A DNA stretch of 64,000 nucleotides from Candidatus Latescibacterota bacterium (GTDB taxonomy: Bacteria; Latescibacterota; UBA2968): the NCBI GenBank assembly GCA_965205975.1, contig OZ242195.1, positions 1,888,001-1,952,000 of the forward strand. Reading direction: 5' to 3'. The stretch's first letter is position 1; each line of letters starts with the position of its first letter. Under the pieces are notes generated by a model that was not told where the DNA came from, ran no database searches, and worked only from the letters and a program-made list of their open reading frames with translations. Position numbers and translations under genes: made by a program. This document shows, in pieces, positions 20,776 to 30,542 of the stretch.

Positions 20776-23700
20776 GGCCTGTCATTCCTCAGCACCCGAT
20801 CAAACCAATCAGGCGTCACATACCGCGTGTGAAACCGCTGCCAGTCCTCTGCATTGCGCTTAAACACCGGATCATCCTCAAGTGTTTCAGGCGGGCGATC
20901 ATAAGACAAAACCCCATGCACGGGCAAGGGCAACACCGTCGTTGAAAAAGCCGTATTATAATCGCCATCCTTAACCCATCCATCGCCTTTCAAAACAAAA
21001 TCCCGCACCAGCTCTCCAGGATCGGGCAAAGCCGCAAACAGCAACTGGATTTCATCTCCCGCATTCACAATCGCATATCGATCATCGACCTGTGCCAGCA
21101 ATGGCTCTACATCTCCATATCTCGTGTAATATCCCACGAGATCTCGCCACATTTGCGAAGTCCCACCAAGCGCGTGATAATCCGGCACCTCGGGCGAACT
21201 CGCATCTGCCTCCGCCACCTGAGAAAACCCGCGATAACGCAACTGCGCGCGGTCCAAAGGTACAGAATGAACCGTCATCACACTATCTTCAAGCGGCACG
21301 GCCCACGCCAAACGATCCCAATAAATCTCCAAATTGGTCTGCAATCTAAATTTTCGGGGAACATCTCGCGGAAAAACACCGCTCAGATCGATCAATACCG
21401 TCTTGCGCTTTCCGGCGGGAAACCCCAGGTCTGGATGTGCGACGCGCCAACCAGTCCCATCAAATACATGCAGAGAAAGTCCCTGGGGTGGCGGATGGCT
21501 ACCCTGCCCCAGCGCCACATTGATCGAACTATCCGTCGGATGAATCCATCCCTGACCAACCAGCCACAGAGGTCCTTCTCTCGGCACCTCGTCTCCCACC
21601 ACCACCTCCACATAGTGTTCTCGCGTCACCCCTTGATACGCGCCCCGCCCAAAAGTATCCACATACTGTCCATCCCGCGCCTGCACCCTATCGGTCACAT
21701 CGCGCCCCCGATCATCTTTCACAACAGCAAATGACCGGGGCTGCGTAGTCGCGTAAATATCGAGCGATGGAGAAACCCGGGCAAAACGCTCATCCACAAA
21801 AATCGACGTCCCCTCGGGATGATCAACTGCAACAAGAGAAACCCAATCGACAAAATGCGTCTCCCAAAGTTCACCCGTAATCCGTATGTCGTACACCCCA
21901 TTTTGAGCAATTAGCTGATCGCCTCTGACCTTTACCCAATCTTCCGTCTGATCAATACCCGCAACAACCTGAGCATTGATCCGCATCCCCAGAGGCGACC
22001 GCCACAGAAAATCCGTTACAAACCCCATCTCCGACCCATTGTACGCAAAAACCCAGGGGCACGACCCCTTCAACCGCTGTACAGCACGCACCACCTGATC
22101 AACCTCCAGATCGAACTCCACCTGAGGCATCCCATTGGGCCACACAATCCGCACGAGATCTGCCCCCGTATAAGTCCCCAACCCAAAATGTAATACCGGA
22201 TTCGTCACCACTTGCTTCTGATAAAATGCGCCAGAACGCAACTCCACTTCTGATCCCAAACCCAGTGCATTGATCCTGCCATCGCCAGAAGCCCTACCGC
22301 CCACGGGACGAATCGCCTGCCAGTGATACGCCAAATCGCCCCGATTCACCAGTTGCAACGCCTCTCCTGCATCCGAAACACCCAGCAAATCGAGCCGACC
22401 ATCGCCCGTCAAATCCGCCACACCAGTCACGCGCGCCTGCAGATCCAGAGCATGGTAAGCCTCTTCCGACGCCAGATAGGCGCGTTTGCCAAACACCAGA
22501 TCCAGCGCGCCATTATTATCCAGATCCGCTATGAGAAGCGGAGCAGGACCTGCGGTTGAATCACCCTGGATCAGAGTGCGAATCCCTCCTTGCGATACAG
22601 CGATCACAGCGCCATCTCGATCTACAACCACGCGCTCTAAGTGCCCATCTCGATCCAGATCTCCCGCGCTTAACGCAATCCCGTTCATCGCCTTCCTCGC
22701 CCCCGGCGTAAATACACCAGCCCGCTCGTTAATCGCCTCGATCAATTGCCCTTTTCGATCCAGCATCGCCGCATCGGGATCGCCATCCCCATCGCAATCT
22801 ACCCACACAAATCCCCTCAGTCCATCTACATTACCGAAAGATTCTCGCGCCACAAACGAACCATCCCCATTGTTTTGCAACACGAGAGGCGGTCCTGTAG
22901 AACGCCCCAACACAAAATCGACATCCCCATCCATCTCTACATCTGCTCCCCACACGCCAGCTATCTCTTCTTCGTCCAACCCAATGGAATCAGTCACATC
23001 CTCAATCCCGCCATCTCCATTACGTCGGAACAATCGAAAGCCCTCTGACCCCACCAGCGCCAGATCTAACGCAAAATCGTTATTCCAATCAACCGTCAGC
23101 ATCCCATCCATCTCCGACACATCTGGAAAATCGAGCGCAATCCCCTCCATCCCCCACACTTGAGAAGCACTTGCCGCAACCACCTCTACCTCTTCTTTGG
23201 ACCAGAAAGGCTTGAGCACCTGCCAATCACTTCCCTCCAAATCCGCAACGGGTTCGGGTTCAAAGTGCATGTTCAAATCCGCAGGTGCTGGCATAGCCTG
23301 AGGCATACTGAACTTCAAAAATTTAACTATGGGATCTCCCAGGCGTTCAGCCGGCACAATCAGCGCATCCAGCGCGCGTCGGTACATCGGATCGCGCAAC
23401 AACACATTGTGCAAAAACATCGCTTGCAAAGCTACTTCACTCCCCCCTTCCATCTCGCCCTGCAAACTGCGCAACTGCACCCGCGCCGCAGCCGGCCAGT
23501 CTTCTGCCCACTCGCCCAACTTCTCCACCGATGCACGCAGAGCCTCCTCCTCATCCCGTTTGCCCGCCTGCCTCGCCCGCTCAACCCACAATGCAGGATT
23601 ATCCGGCACCTGTCTGATCAATACCTCCAACTGTGCCCAGACCTCGTCCTCGCTCCCTGCTCCTCCCCGTCGCTCAACCTCCTTCATCAGCGCGTACTGC

Positions 23701-24095
23701 GCCTTCACAAGCCCCTGTTGCGCCGCGGCCTCGAAAAACGCGATAGCAGCGTCGGATTGTCCTCTACTGCGCTCGACCAATCCCTGTAACATCGTAATAG
23801 TACCGCTTTCGGGCATCAGTGAACGCGCTGTCTTCAGGTCTTTTGCCGCCCCACCGTAATCCCCGCGCCGCAGCCGCAACACCCCGCGATTTGCCCACGC
23901 AACCGGCTCATCGGGTTCCAATGTGAGAGCGCGGCTCAAACTGGCATCCGCCCGGTCAAAAGCACCCACCTCCAGCGCGAACACACCCGTATAGAATGCG
24001 GAGACATAATCCGCGGATGGCGTAGCCATCTCCTCTTCTCCGCATCCAAAACTCAACACCATCAACAACCCGATCACGCGACGAATATCAAGCAT
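20772..24095 (-). CDS. Large lipoprotein: TPR + FG-GAP + ASPIC-UnbV + C-terminal domain
   Basis: Lipobox 'SFGC', TPRs, DxDxDG repeats, 'LHFGLG..WPNG', 'KGSCPWVFAYNG', 'GW.KDGD'. Confidence 0.8.
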   Translation of the reverse strand: MLDIRRVIGLLMVLSFGCGEEEMATPSADYVSAFYTGVFALEVGAFDRADASLSRALTLEPDEPVAWANRGVLRLRRGDYGGAAKDLKTARSLMPESGTITMLQGLVERSRGQSDAAIAFFEAAAQQGLVKAQYALMKEVERRGGAGSEDEVWAQLEVLIRQVPDNPALWVERARQAGKRDEEEALRASVEKLGEWAEDWPAAARVQLRSLQGEMEGGSEVALQAMFLHNVLLRDPMYRRALDALIVPAERLGDPIVKFLKFSMPQAMPAPADLNMHFEPEPVADLEGSDWQVLKPFWSKEEVEVVAASASQVWGMEGIALDFPDVSEMDGMLTVDWNNDFALDLALVGSEGFRLFRRNGDGGIEDVTDSIGLDEEEIAGVWGADVEMDGDVDFVLGRSTGPPLVLQNNGDGSFVARESFGNVDGLRGFVWVDCDGDGDPDAAMLDRKGQLIEAINERAGVFTPGARKAMNGIALSAGDLDRDGHLERVVVDRDGAVIAVSQGGIRTLIQGDSTAGPAPLLIADLDNNGALDLVFGKRAYLASEEAYHALDLQARVTGVADLTGDGRLDLLGVSDAGEALQLVNRGDLAYHWQAIRPVGGRASGDGRINALGLGSEVELRSGAFYQKQVVTNPVLHFGLGTYTGADLVRIVWPNGMPQVEFDLEVDQVVRAVQRLKGSCPWVFAYNGSEMGFVTDFLWRSPLGMRINAQVVAGIDQTEDWVKVRGDQLIAQNGVYDIRITGELWETHFVDWVSLVAVDHPEGTSIFVDERFARVSPSLDIYATTQPRSFAVVKDDRGRDVTDRVQARDGQYVDTFGRGAYQGVTREHYVEVVVGDEVPREGPLWLVGQGWIHPTDSSINVALGQGSHPPPQGLSLHVFDGTGWRVAHPDLGFPAGKRKTVLIDLSGVFPRDVPRKFRLQTNLEIYWDRLAWAVPLEDSVMTVHSVPLDRAQLRYRGFSQVAEADASSPEVPDYHALGGTSQMWRDLVGYYTRYGDVEPLLAQVDDRYAIVNAGDEIQLLFAALPDPGELVRDFVLKGDGWVKDGDYNTAFSTTVLPLPVHGVLSYDRPPETLEDDPVFKRNAEDWQRFHTRYVTPDWFDRVLRNDRP

Positions 24096-26076
24096 CGTGC
24101 TCCTTCCATCCCGGTATTGAAATATCCATCCGCCGCTCAGGCGCGTAGATCCTATCCCCCTTATAAGGCGTATCCTGCGTCAGAATATAAATGGCGCCCT
24201 CGTGTACATACGTAATCTCATCCCTCGAATCTCCCACCACATCTTCCACAACCCCGCCCGCCCAATCGAATGGCAAGCCCTCGCACACGGGTTTAATCAC
24301 CTTGCGACACTCTGCATCGTAAAACCCGAATGATTCCGCACTGGTGCCGATAAACAACAACTCTTGTCCATCACCTCCCCAGTTCACAGCCGGACCTCCC
24401 TGGCTCATGTTATCCGGCTCCATTCGGGACAGCGGATCCCCCTGCCCACTCACCAGATTCATAACACCATAAGTTCCCCACCGATCGCCCATCCACATCT
24501 CCAACCCCGGCAAATCGGGTCTAAAATTCCCCGCGTAAATCCCCTGCACATGTCCATAGCGGTGGTGTCGCAACAGTGTACCATCCCGCGCATCCACCAG
24601 GAAAAATCCCGGATCACTCCCCGCAATCCCGACCTCTGGCCCATTGCTCTCATCCCCATCCAATTCCCCAAAAGAAGCGTGGTCAATATGCCCTGCACCG
24701 CCAGAATCCTCGATGTACTCCGACCCCTCCATTGTCCAGAGATGATTTCCATCCCCATCGTACAGATCGTAACCGGGCAAAATTTCATCCCGCCCGTCGC
24801 CATCCACGTCGTAAAACCAGATATACATCCCGTACCACGCATTGTGCGCGTCCTGCCGCCAGCGCAAGTTCAGATTTTCGTCAAATGCCCAGATCGAATA
24901 CCCTGTGCCCGCGCCATCCCCATCTCGCAAAATCAAATCCTGCGCCTTCTCCGTCTTTCTAATTTTACACGGCCAGATCACCCTGAGCGAATGCAAAACA
25001 TCTCCCATGCTCGCATTCCTGTATCCCCGATACGGTCCCGTCCTCGGCAATTCTGTTTCCGCCGTCACCTCGCCCGACTTTCCGCTCACCAGCTTTAACC
25101 GATCATCCTCAATACCGATAAAGTCTTCCACCCCATCCCCATCCAGGTCGTGTACCACAGATCGTTGCAGCCCTTTTGCAGCGGGAAAAGTCCGATCGTA
25201 TTGCACTTCCCCATCAAAATCCAGGCACACGACGCGCACGCCTTCATCCGTCTCCTTTTCCAACACAATTTCCTTTTCCCCCGCCCCTCTAAAATCGCCG
25301 TATCGAACGCCACACGGCCAGAACTCGCCAATATCAATCCGCTTCCACAGCACGGGTTTTGGATACTTCTCCGCCTCCTCCGCCACCTCTTTTTGATATG
25401 CATCCAACCGACTCACATACGCGGCATTACCAGATGCACTCGTTGTGACGCGCACCGCGCGCATGCGACTCCGCGTATTTGTACGCACGCCCACTTTCCC
25501 CGTTGGAAAGCGATCGTCATAAGCCACAAATGCCTGCTCCCCATTCACATAACACGCAAACCGCTCGCCCTCACACACCACCTTTAGCGTGTAATACTGT
25601 CCCCTATCAAATCCATTGGGCAGATCCGCCAGCATCGTCCATGCCTCGTCTTCTCTCCGATAGAGCACAAACCGGTCAAATCCCTCCATACAAAAATAAT
25701 AATACCGCCTCAAATCCCGATACCGCACCATAACCCCCGACCGAGCGACAATCGCGTGGGGATCGTCATTGCCCGGCTGGGTATATGCATTCAACTGCCG
25801 CACCTGCGCTTCCACCGTGTAATCCCCCCACAGCGGCTCACCCGCCACCAGGCACCGATCCGACTTGGCAGTGTGCTCCAACACCTCTGTGTCCCCATCT
25901 TTCACCACCCGGTAGTTACTCAGCATATTCCACTTGGGAGGTGCGACCAGCGCATTTCCCCAGCCCTTGAAATATTGCTCCTCGATACTCTGATCCGGTT
26001 CTGTCTTATCCAGCACCGTCCCCAGCGGACATCCCGTCAGGTCAATTTCTGCCAGCAATTGTTCATTGCTTGCCAT
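24088..26076 (-). CDS. DUF1080-like beta-sandwich + FG-GAP/rhamnogalacturonan-lyase-like propeller protein
   Basis: 'WGDYTVEAQVR..SGVMVRY..YY..GKVGV' N-terminal domain; DLDGDG/DVDGDG repeats in the C-terminal half. Confidence 0.55.
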   Translation of the reverse strand: MASNEQLLAEIDLTGCPLGTVLDKTEPDQSIEEQYFKGWGNALVAPPKWNMLSNYRVVKDGDTEVLEHTAKSDRCLVAGEPLWGDYTVEAQVRQLNAYTQPGNDDPHAIVARSGVMVRYRDLRRYYYFCMEGFDRFVLYRREDEAWTMLADLPNGFDRGQYYTLKVVCEGERFACYVNGEQAFVAYDDRFPTGKVGVRTNTRSRMRAVRVTTSASGNAAYVSRLDAYQKEVAEEAEKYPKPVLWKRIDIGEFWPCGVRYGDFRGAGEKEIVLEKETDEGVRVVCLDFDGEVQYDRTFPAAKGLQRSVVHDLDGDGVEDFIGIEDDRLKLVSGKSGEVTAETELPRTGPYRGYRNASMGDVLHSLRVIWPCKIRKTEKAQDLILRDGDGAGTGYSIWAFDENLNLRWRQDAHNAWYGMYIWFYDVDGDGRDEILPGYDLYDGDGNHLWTMEGSEYIEDSGGAGHIDHASFGELDGDESNGPEVGIAGSDPGFFLVDARDGTLLRHHRYGHVQGIYAGNFRPDLPGLEMWMGDRWGTYGVMNLVSGQGDPLSRMEPDNMSQGGPAVNWGGDGQELLFIGTSAESFGFYDAECRKVIKPVCEGLPFDWAGGVVEDVVGDSRDEITYVHEGAIYILTQDTPYKGDRIYAPERRMDISIPGWKEHDA

Positions 26077-26149
26077 GTCTTCCTCCCGGTAAAAAATTGG
26101 AAATTACATCGACGCGGTGTCTCTTATCATACCATCAACAAAGCTGAAC

Positions 26150-28096
26150 TCAAAATACATGCACCACATGCCCCTGTCCCGGAAACCAGACCATATCTAC
26201 CACAAAAGATAGCGTTACTGCCAGGGCATATCCAACCAACAGACCGATAAAAAAAGGCTGCCACTGGCGGTACAACACCATCCCCCCTCCCTTCAGCAAC
26301 AACCCCTTGATCGCCCAAACCAGAAAGGCCGAAAACGCCAGTTCTCGTGTAAAATTAGTGCCGGGAATGGTCAGTCCGATCGGGTGAAGCGGCCACCTCG
26401 GAAACCGGTAACGCAAAAAACTCAACAGTCCCATCAGCGCGGCACCGATACCGAACAGCATCAGTCGAATACTATCCGTACCCTGTGGCGACTTCATCTT
26501 GGCAACTGCCGCATTAAAGGCCGCTTTGTTCCCACTTCGATAGGGCCACACATCAAAATGATAGGCTCCATGGGCATAAGCAAGGTGAAGCGTTAATACA
26601 AGCGATACCACTGCACTCAACCCGAGGCCAAATACCACAGCCCAGAGCAGAAGGCGTCGGTTGCCACGCACAAAATCTGCCAGCCGTGCCCCGTGTACCA
26701 ACCCGGGCATAAACAGTCCCCGATAGGAAATCAACGCATAGGAAAATGCCAATGCCGTCATCGTCGCTCCCGACAGGGTACGCGTACCCAGAGCAGCCAT
26801 CGTAAATGCCTGACCGCTCAACGGGGTGCGCACATAAATCAACCCTGTCTCCGCCACGATCTTGGCGACCCCCACATACGTCACCAGCGTTGCCAAAACA
26901 CACAACATAGCTGCACCATAGGCCATTCCCGCCGCGTGTAGCCACAACACCAGATAACCCAGCCCGATAAACAACCCCCATACCGCCACCCGGTAGCCCA
27001 TCATCTCGTCCGAATCTCCGGCGTTCCGATCCCCTCTAAAAGCACTGCGGAATGCGGCGTAAAAGTGCCTCCGGGCCATCCACAACCCCCAGACCACAAA
27101 TACGGTCAACGCCCCGAACCCCTCCCAGCCAGCCACCTCGTATGACGAACCCCAACTGTCGGAATTCTTCAAACCAAACCCCAGTCGCCTTAAGATACCC
27201 ACCTGGAATACATTCAACACATAAAAAAACCAGACGCTAAACAACACTTCCAGATTGGCAAAATACACAAACCCGATCGTAAACAGATTGAGCTTGATTC
27301 GGATTCCAGGGAAACTGCGGCCCAGTGGTAGCCATGTTCCAGACCGGTAACTGCCCGTGGGAAATTTAGGCACCCCAGGAGAAAAATACGACAGGATGTT
27401 CCAGGCGATCATCCCAAATCCCGTCACAGCACCCGACCAGAACAACCTTCCCCCAATCATCCGTATCCCGTGTTTCGGTGCCGAGACCAGATCCACCGCC
27501 ACATTTGCCAGCGGATAGACCAATCGCTCGTGATCCACCCACTGCCGCCGCAACAAAACCGCCAGACAAATCGACACACACGCCGCTGCACCGATAAAAC
27601 TCAACCACCAGAACAGTGGCAAAACCCACTCTCCCCACGGCACAGCCTGTCCGGGCGGTAATCCCTCAAAAAACCATGTCATCGCCCGCCCGTCTTCCGA
27701 GGGCGCCATCCACGGTCTGATGTGATTGTGCAGGTAAGGTGCCCACCCATTCTCCGGTGTCGCAAAATAAAATGGTGCCGCAAGAATCCCCAACAAATAT
27801 CCCGGCAGTCCATCCGCCGCCGGGATCACCGCGCTGGCCAACCCCATCGTCAACGCCACCAGCAAATCCGAACGCCCGAATGCCCACTCGGGTTTTTGCG
27901 CTTTGAGCACTGGATTTACAATCAGGGCACACAGTACAAAGGGGACAAATAGGGCCAGCGCAAAATTGCTCATGTTCAACCGGGAGGCCCGCACAATAAA
28001 CTCAGAATAGGTAGCCCAAACACTCACCAGCACCACAAAAAATGACCCCAGTACCACCGCACGAACCTTAAACCGATCGTCTCGCACCTGCCCCAT
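26150..28096 (-). CDS. DUF6785/DUF6784-like polytopic membrane protein (paralog 1)
   Basis: 'RRQWVDHERLVYPL', 'WPLHPIG', 'W..K......GG...YR...PFF.GL..G'. Confidence 0.7.
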   Translation of the reverse strand: MGQVRDDRFKVRAVVLGSFFVVLVSVWATYSEFIVRASRLNMSNFALALFVPFVLCALIVNPVLKAQKPEWAFGRSDLLVALTMGLASAVIPAADGLPGYLLGILAAPFYFATPENGWAPYLHNHIRPWMAPSEDGRAMTWFFEGLPPGQAVPWGEWVLPLFWWLSFIGAAACVSICLAVLLRRQWVDHERLVYPLANVAVDLVSAPKHGIRMIGGRLFWSGAVTGFGMIAWNILSYFSPGVPKFPTGSYRSGTWLPLGRSFPGIRIKLNLFTIGFVYFANLEVLFSVWFFYVLNVFQVGILRRLGFGLKNSDSWGSSYEVAGWEGFGALTVFVVWGLWMARRHFYAAFRSAFRGDRNAGDSDEMMGYRVAVWGLFIGLGYLVLWLHAAGMAYGAAMLCVLATLVTYVGVAKIVAETGLIYVRTPLSGQAFTMAALGTRTLSGATMTALAFSYALISYRGLFMPGLVHGARLADFVRGNRRLLLWAVVFGLGLSAVVSLVLTLHLAYAHGAYHFDVWPYRSGNKAAFNAAVAKMKSPQGTDSIRLMLFGIGAALMGLLSFLRYRFPRWPLHPIGLTIPGTNFTRELAFSAFLVWAIKGLLLKGGGMVLYRQWQPFFIGLLVGYALAVTLSFVVDMVWFPGQGHVVHVF

Positions 28097-28121
28097 TTAT
28101 TTCACCTCAACATCATCTCCG

Positions 28122-29087
28122 CTACTCGGTTTGCCTCGGAGACCAGCGGGGTGCAGAGACCTCCATATCCACAGAAACTTCATGCAAATCTGTGCCATTG
28201 GCATTTATCATCATCAACCTGTGCTCCAGGCGGCCACCCTGTCTCTCAAGGGTTCGCCGCACTTCAAAAGCAATCCTTTGACCGTCGGGAGACCAGGTAG
28301 GAGAAAAAAAAGCCACTGTGGAACTCGCACCCAGAGTCAACCGGCGCACTGCAGTCCCGTCGGAATCCATAGTATAAATCTCGTATTCCGGAAACTGATC
28401 CCGCACAGGTGGTTGATGCCGATTTGACGCAAATGCAATGCGCGTTCCATCTGGCGACCAGGCCGGGTGAATATTCTGAACACCATTAAAATCCGTAAGC
28501 CTGATCCGGTTAGAACCATCTGAATCCATGAGAAAAATGTCGATATTGTTTCCTTGACGCGATTGAAAAGCAATCCTGCGCCCATCGGGTGACCAGTCCG
28601 GGGCTTCATCACTGCTGGGAAAATTTGTCAGATTTTGCAATCCTGTTCCATCGAGGTTGACCGTGTAGATATCCCATCTATTCCTATTATCCTTCCTCGC
28701 CTGAAAAGCGATCTTTCCACCATCGGGAGACCAGACTGGCCCGAGATCGGGACCGGGCAAATCAACCACCTTCTGTATGCTCCTGTCCTCCAGATTAAAA
28801 ATATAAATATCGAAATTTCCCACGGCATCCCGGTTTGAAGCAAATGCAATGCGCCGCGCATTCGGAGACCAGGAGGGATTGGTATAGCCTCCCTGCTCGC
28901 TCGTAAGCCTCATCAAACCTTCGCCATCGGGACGCATCAAAAAAATTTTGAATGTCCTGAAATCTCCCGGTCCCACAAACGCAATGCGGCCTTCAACAGT
29001 TGAATAATCGGAATCCAGCAGACCGGTGTTTCCAGCACAATGAAGCAGAGGAAAAAACAGAAGATACAATATCCACTGGTTCCTCAC
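28122..29087 (-). CDS. TolB-like (PD40 repeat) beta-propeller protein, probable lipoprotein
   Basis: Five 'PxWSPxG..IAF' repeats; 'LLHC' near the N-terminus. Confidence 0.85.
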   Translation of the reverse strand: MRNQWILYLLFFPLLHCAGNTGLLDSDYSTVEGRIAFVGPGDFRTFKIFLMRPDGEGLMRLTSEQGGYTNPSWSPNARRIAFASNRDAVGNFDIYIFNLEDRSIQKVVDLPGPDLGPVWSPDGGKIAFQARKDNRNRWDIYTVNLDGTGLQNLTNFPSSDEAPDWSPDGRRIAFQSRQGNNIDIFLMDSDGSNRIRLTDFNGVQNIHPAWSPDGTRIAFASNRHQPPVRDQFPEYEIYTMDSDGTAVRRLTLGASSTVAFFSPTWSPDGQRIAFEVRRTLERQGGRLEHRLMMINANGTDLHEVSVDMEVSAPRWSPRQTE

Positions 29088-29102
29088 AGCACACCTCCTG
29101 CG

Positions 29103-30407
29103 CTATGCTGGCGCGCCATATACCAGAATCTTCCGTCGGTCGTAAATCAGCACCTCATCTCTGCCATCCCCATCTATGTCCAACACCATCGCGCCATATC
29201 CGATCCCATAATCGTACGCCCGAAATCCCCGGATGCGCTGTTTGGGCTGTTTGAAATCCTCTCGAAAGGGAAATTCCATCACCCGGTTGCCATCTCCATC
29301 CATCAAAAACGGCCAGTAAAGATGTGTGTCTTCTGGCTCGCTATCATAAGGCACATCCTCCTGTTGTTTCTTTAAAGCCGGGGCATAAATCACCAGATCC
29401 AGTCCGTCATCTCGCCAGCCGCGCACAGCATGTTGCGCGTATCCCACACCGGATTTTTGCCACAGTGCCTGTCCATCGGGCGTATAACACGTCATCCCAA
29501 TCCACTTTTCGTTCAAAATCATCGTCTGTCCATCTATATCACTGCGAAAACACCCCACCGTCGTATTCTGCGAATGCTCATGCGGGCGTCTCCATATCAT
29601 CTCGCCCTGCGTATTCGCCACAAAAAAATCCCTGCTACCCGAATACGCAATCTCAATCTCCCCATCCCCATTGAGATCTACCGGATTGATATTGTCCGCA
29701 TGCTCTTTCGTGGCATTTTCCACAGGGATCGACCACAACAAAGTCCCGTCGCTATCCACCAGATTATACCCGATCAACATCTCGTCACACCCATCGCCAT
29801 CCACATCGATCAACACCGGCGCATGGCCCGCCCCGTGATAATGCGGCGTCATCCACAATTCCGACAAATCGCTATCCAGAACATAAGTCGGATTGCCGTA
29901 TTCATAAGGCGAATAAGCACCATCATTGACTTTTACGACCAGTTGCTGCCGCGTCGGGTCGCCCTTCAAATTTCCTGCCTTCACCTGGGAAAAATTATCT
30001 GCTGGCAACTTCTTCTCTGCCTGAACCTCGCCCGTTTCCCCGTCAAAAACCGTCAGCACATCCCACACAATTGAAACCACCTCCGCCTTCCCATCGCCAT
30101 CCACATCAGCAGTAAGAAAATCATTGCCCCCATGCGCGCAGTACGGATCCGCCCCCCGATGCGGCTCGCCCACCTGCCACAGCTGATTGCCCTCCTGATC
30201 AATCGCCGTAATGCAGAACAAACGCCGTTCCTCATCCGTATTCCATCCCCGCTCAATGTAGAGATCCGACTTCAACTGCCCCGGACTCTGCCGCAACAAA
30301 AACTCCAGTTTTCCGTCCCCATTCACATCCGCCACAACCATCTGCCCGCCAATACCTTCTACATCCAGTTCCCACAGCAGCCGCGCATCTTTCTGTGCAT
30401 CACTCAT
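29103..30407 (-). CDS. FG-GAP/rhamnogalacturonan-lyase-like beta-propeller protein
   Basis: DVNGDG, DVDGDG, DLNGDG and DIDGDG repeats. Confidence 0.55.
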   Translation of the reverse strand: MSDAQKDARLLWELDVEGIGGQMVVADVNGDGKLEFLLRQSPGQLKSDLYIERGWNTDEERRLFCITAIDQEGNQLWQVGEPHRGADPYCAHGGNDFLTADVDGDGKAEVVSIVWDVLTVFDGETGEVQAEKKLPADNFSQVKAGNLKGDPTRQQLVVKVNDGAYSPYEYGNPTYVLDSDLSELWMTPHYHGAGHAPVLIDVDGDGCDEMLIGYNLVDSDGTLLWSIPVENATKEHADNINPVDLNGDGEIEIAYSGSRDFFVANTQGEMIWRRPHEHSQNTTVGCFRSDIDGQTMILNEKWIGMTCYTPDGQALWQKSGVGYAQHAVRGWRDDGLDLVIYAPALKKQQEDVPYDSEPEDTHLYWPFLMDGDGNRVMEFPFREDFKQPKQRIRGFRAYDYGIGYGAMVLDIDGDGRDEVLIYDRRKILVYGAPA

Positions 30408-30468
30408 AGTTGGTCTCCTTATATCTTTGCATCCCTTGTCTGCGCTCTTATGTGGTTATCTCTTTTGA

Positions 30469-30496
30469 TGGGCGGGCACAGGGGCACCGCCCCTAC
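30469..30496 (-). repeat. GTAG-type REP element
   Basis: Minus strand GTAG-GGGCGG-TGCCCCTGTGC-CCGCCC. Confidence 0.6.
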
Positions 30497-30513
30497 ATTT
30501 GATTTTGACTTTT

Positions 30514-30542
30514 CATCTGTGTCTATCTGCGTTCATCTGCGG
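30514..30542. repeat. ATCTGYGT 10-bp-period short repeat (copy 2)
   Basis: catctgtgtctatctgcgttcatctgcgg, overlapping the CRTAC1 stop. Confidence 0.6.

Noticed and set aside
18083..24095. Enediyne biosynthetic cluster
   Set aside because: No PKSE, thioesterase or UnbL gene is in the window.
28122..29087. tolB of the Tol-Pal system
   Set aside because: Only the propeller repeats are present; no TolB N-domain and no tol/pal neighbours.
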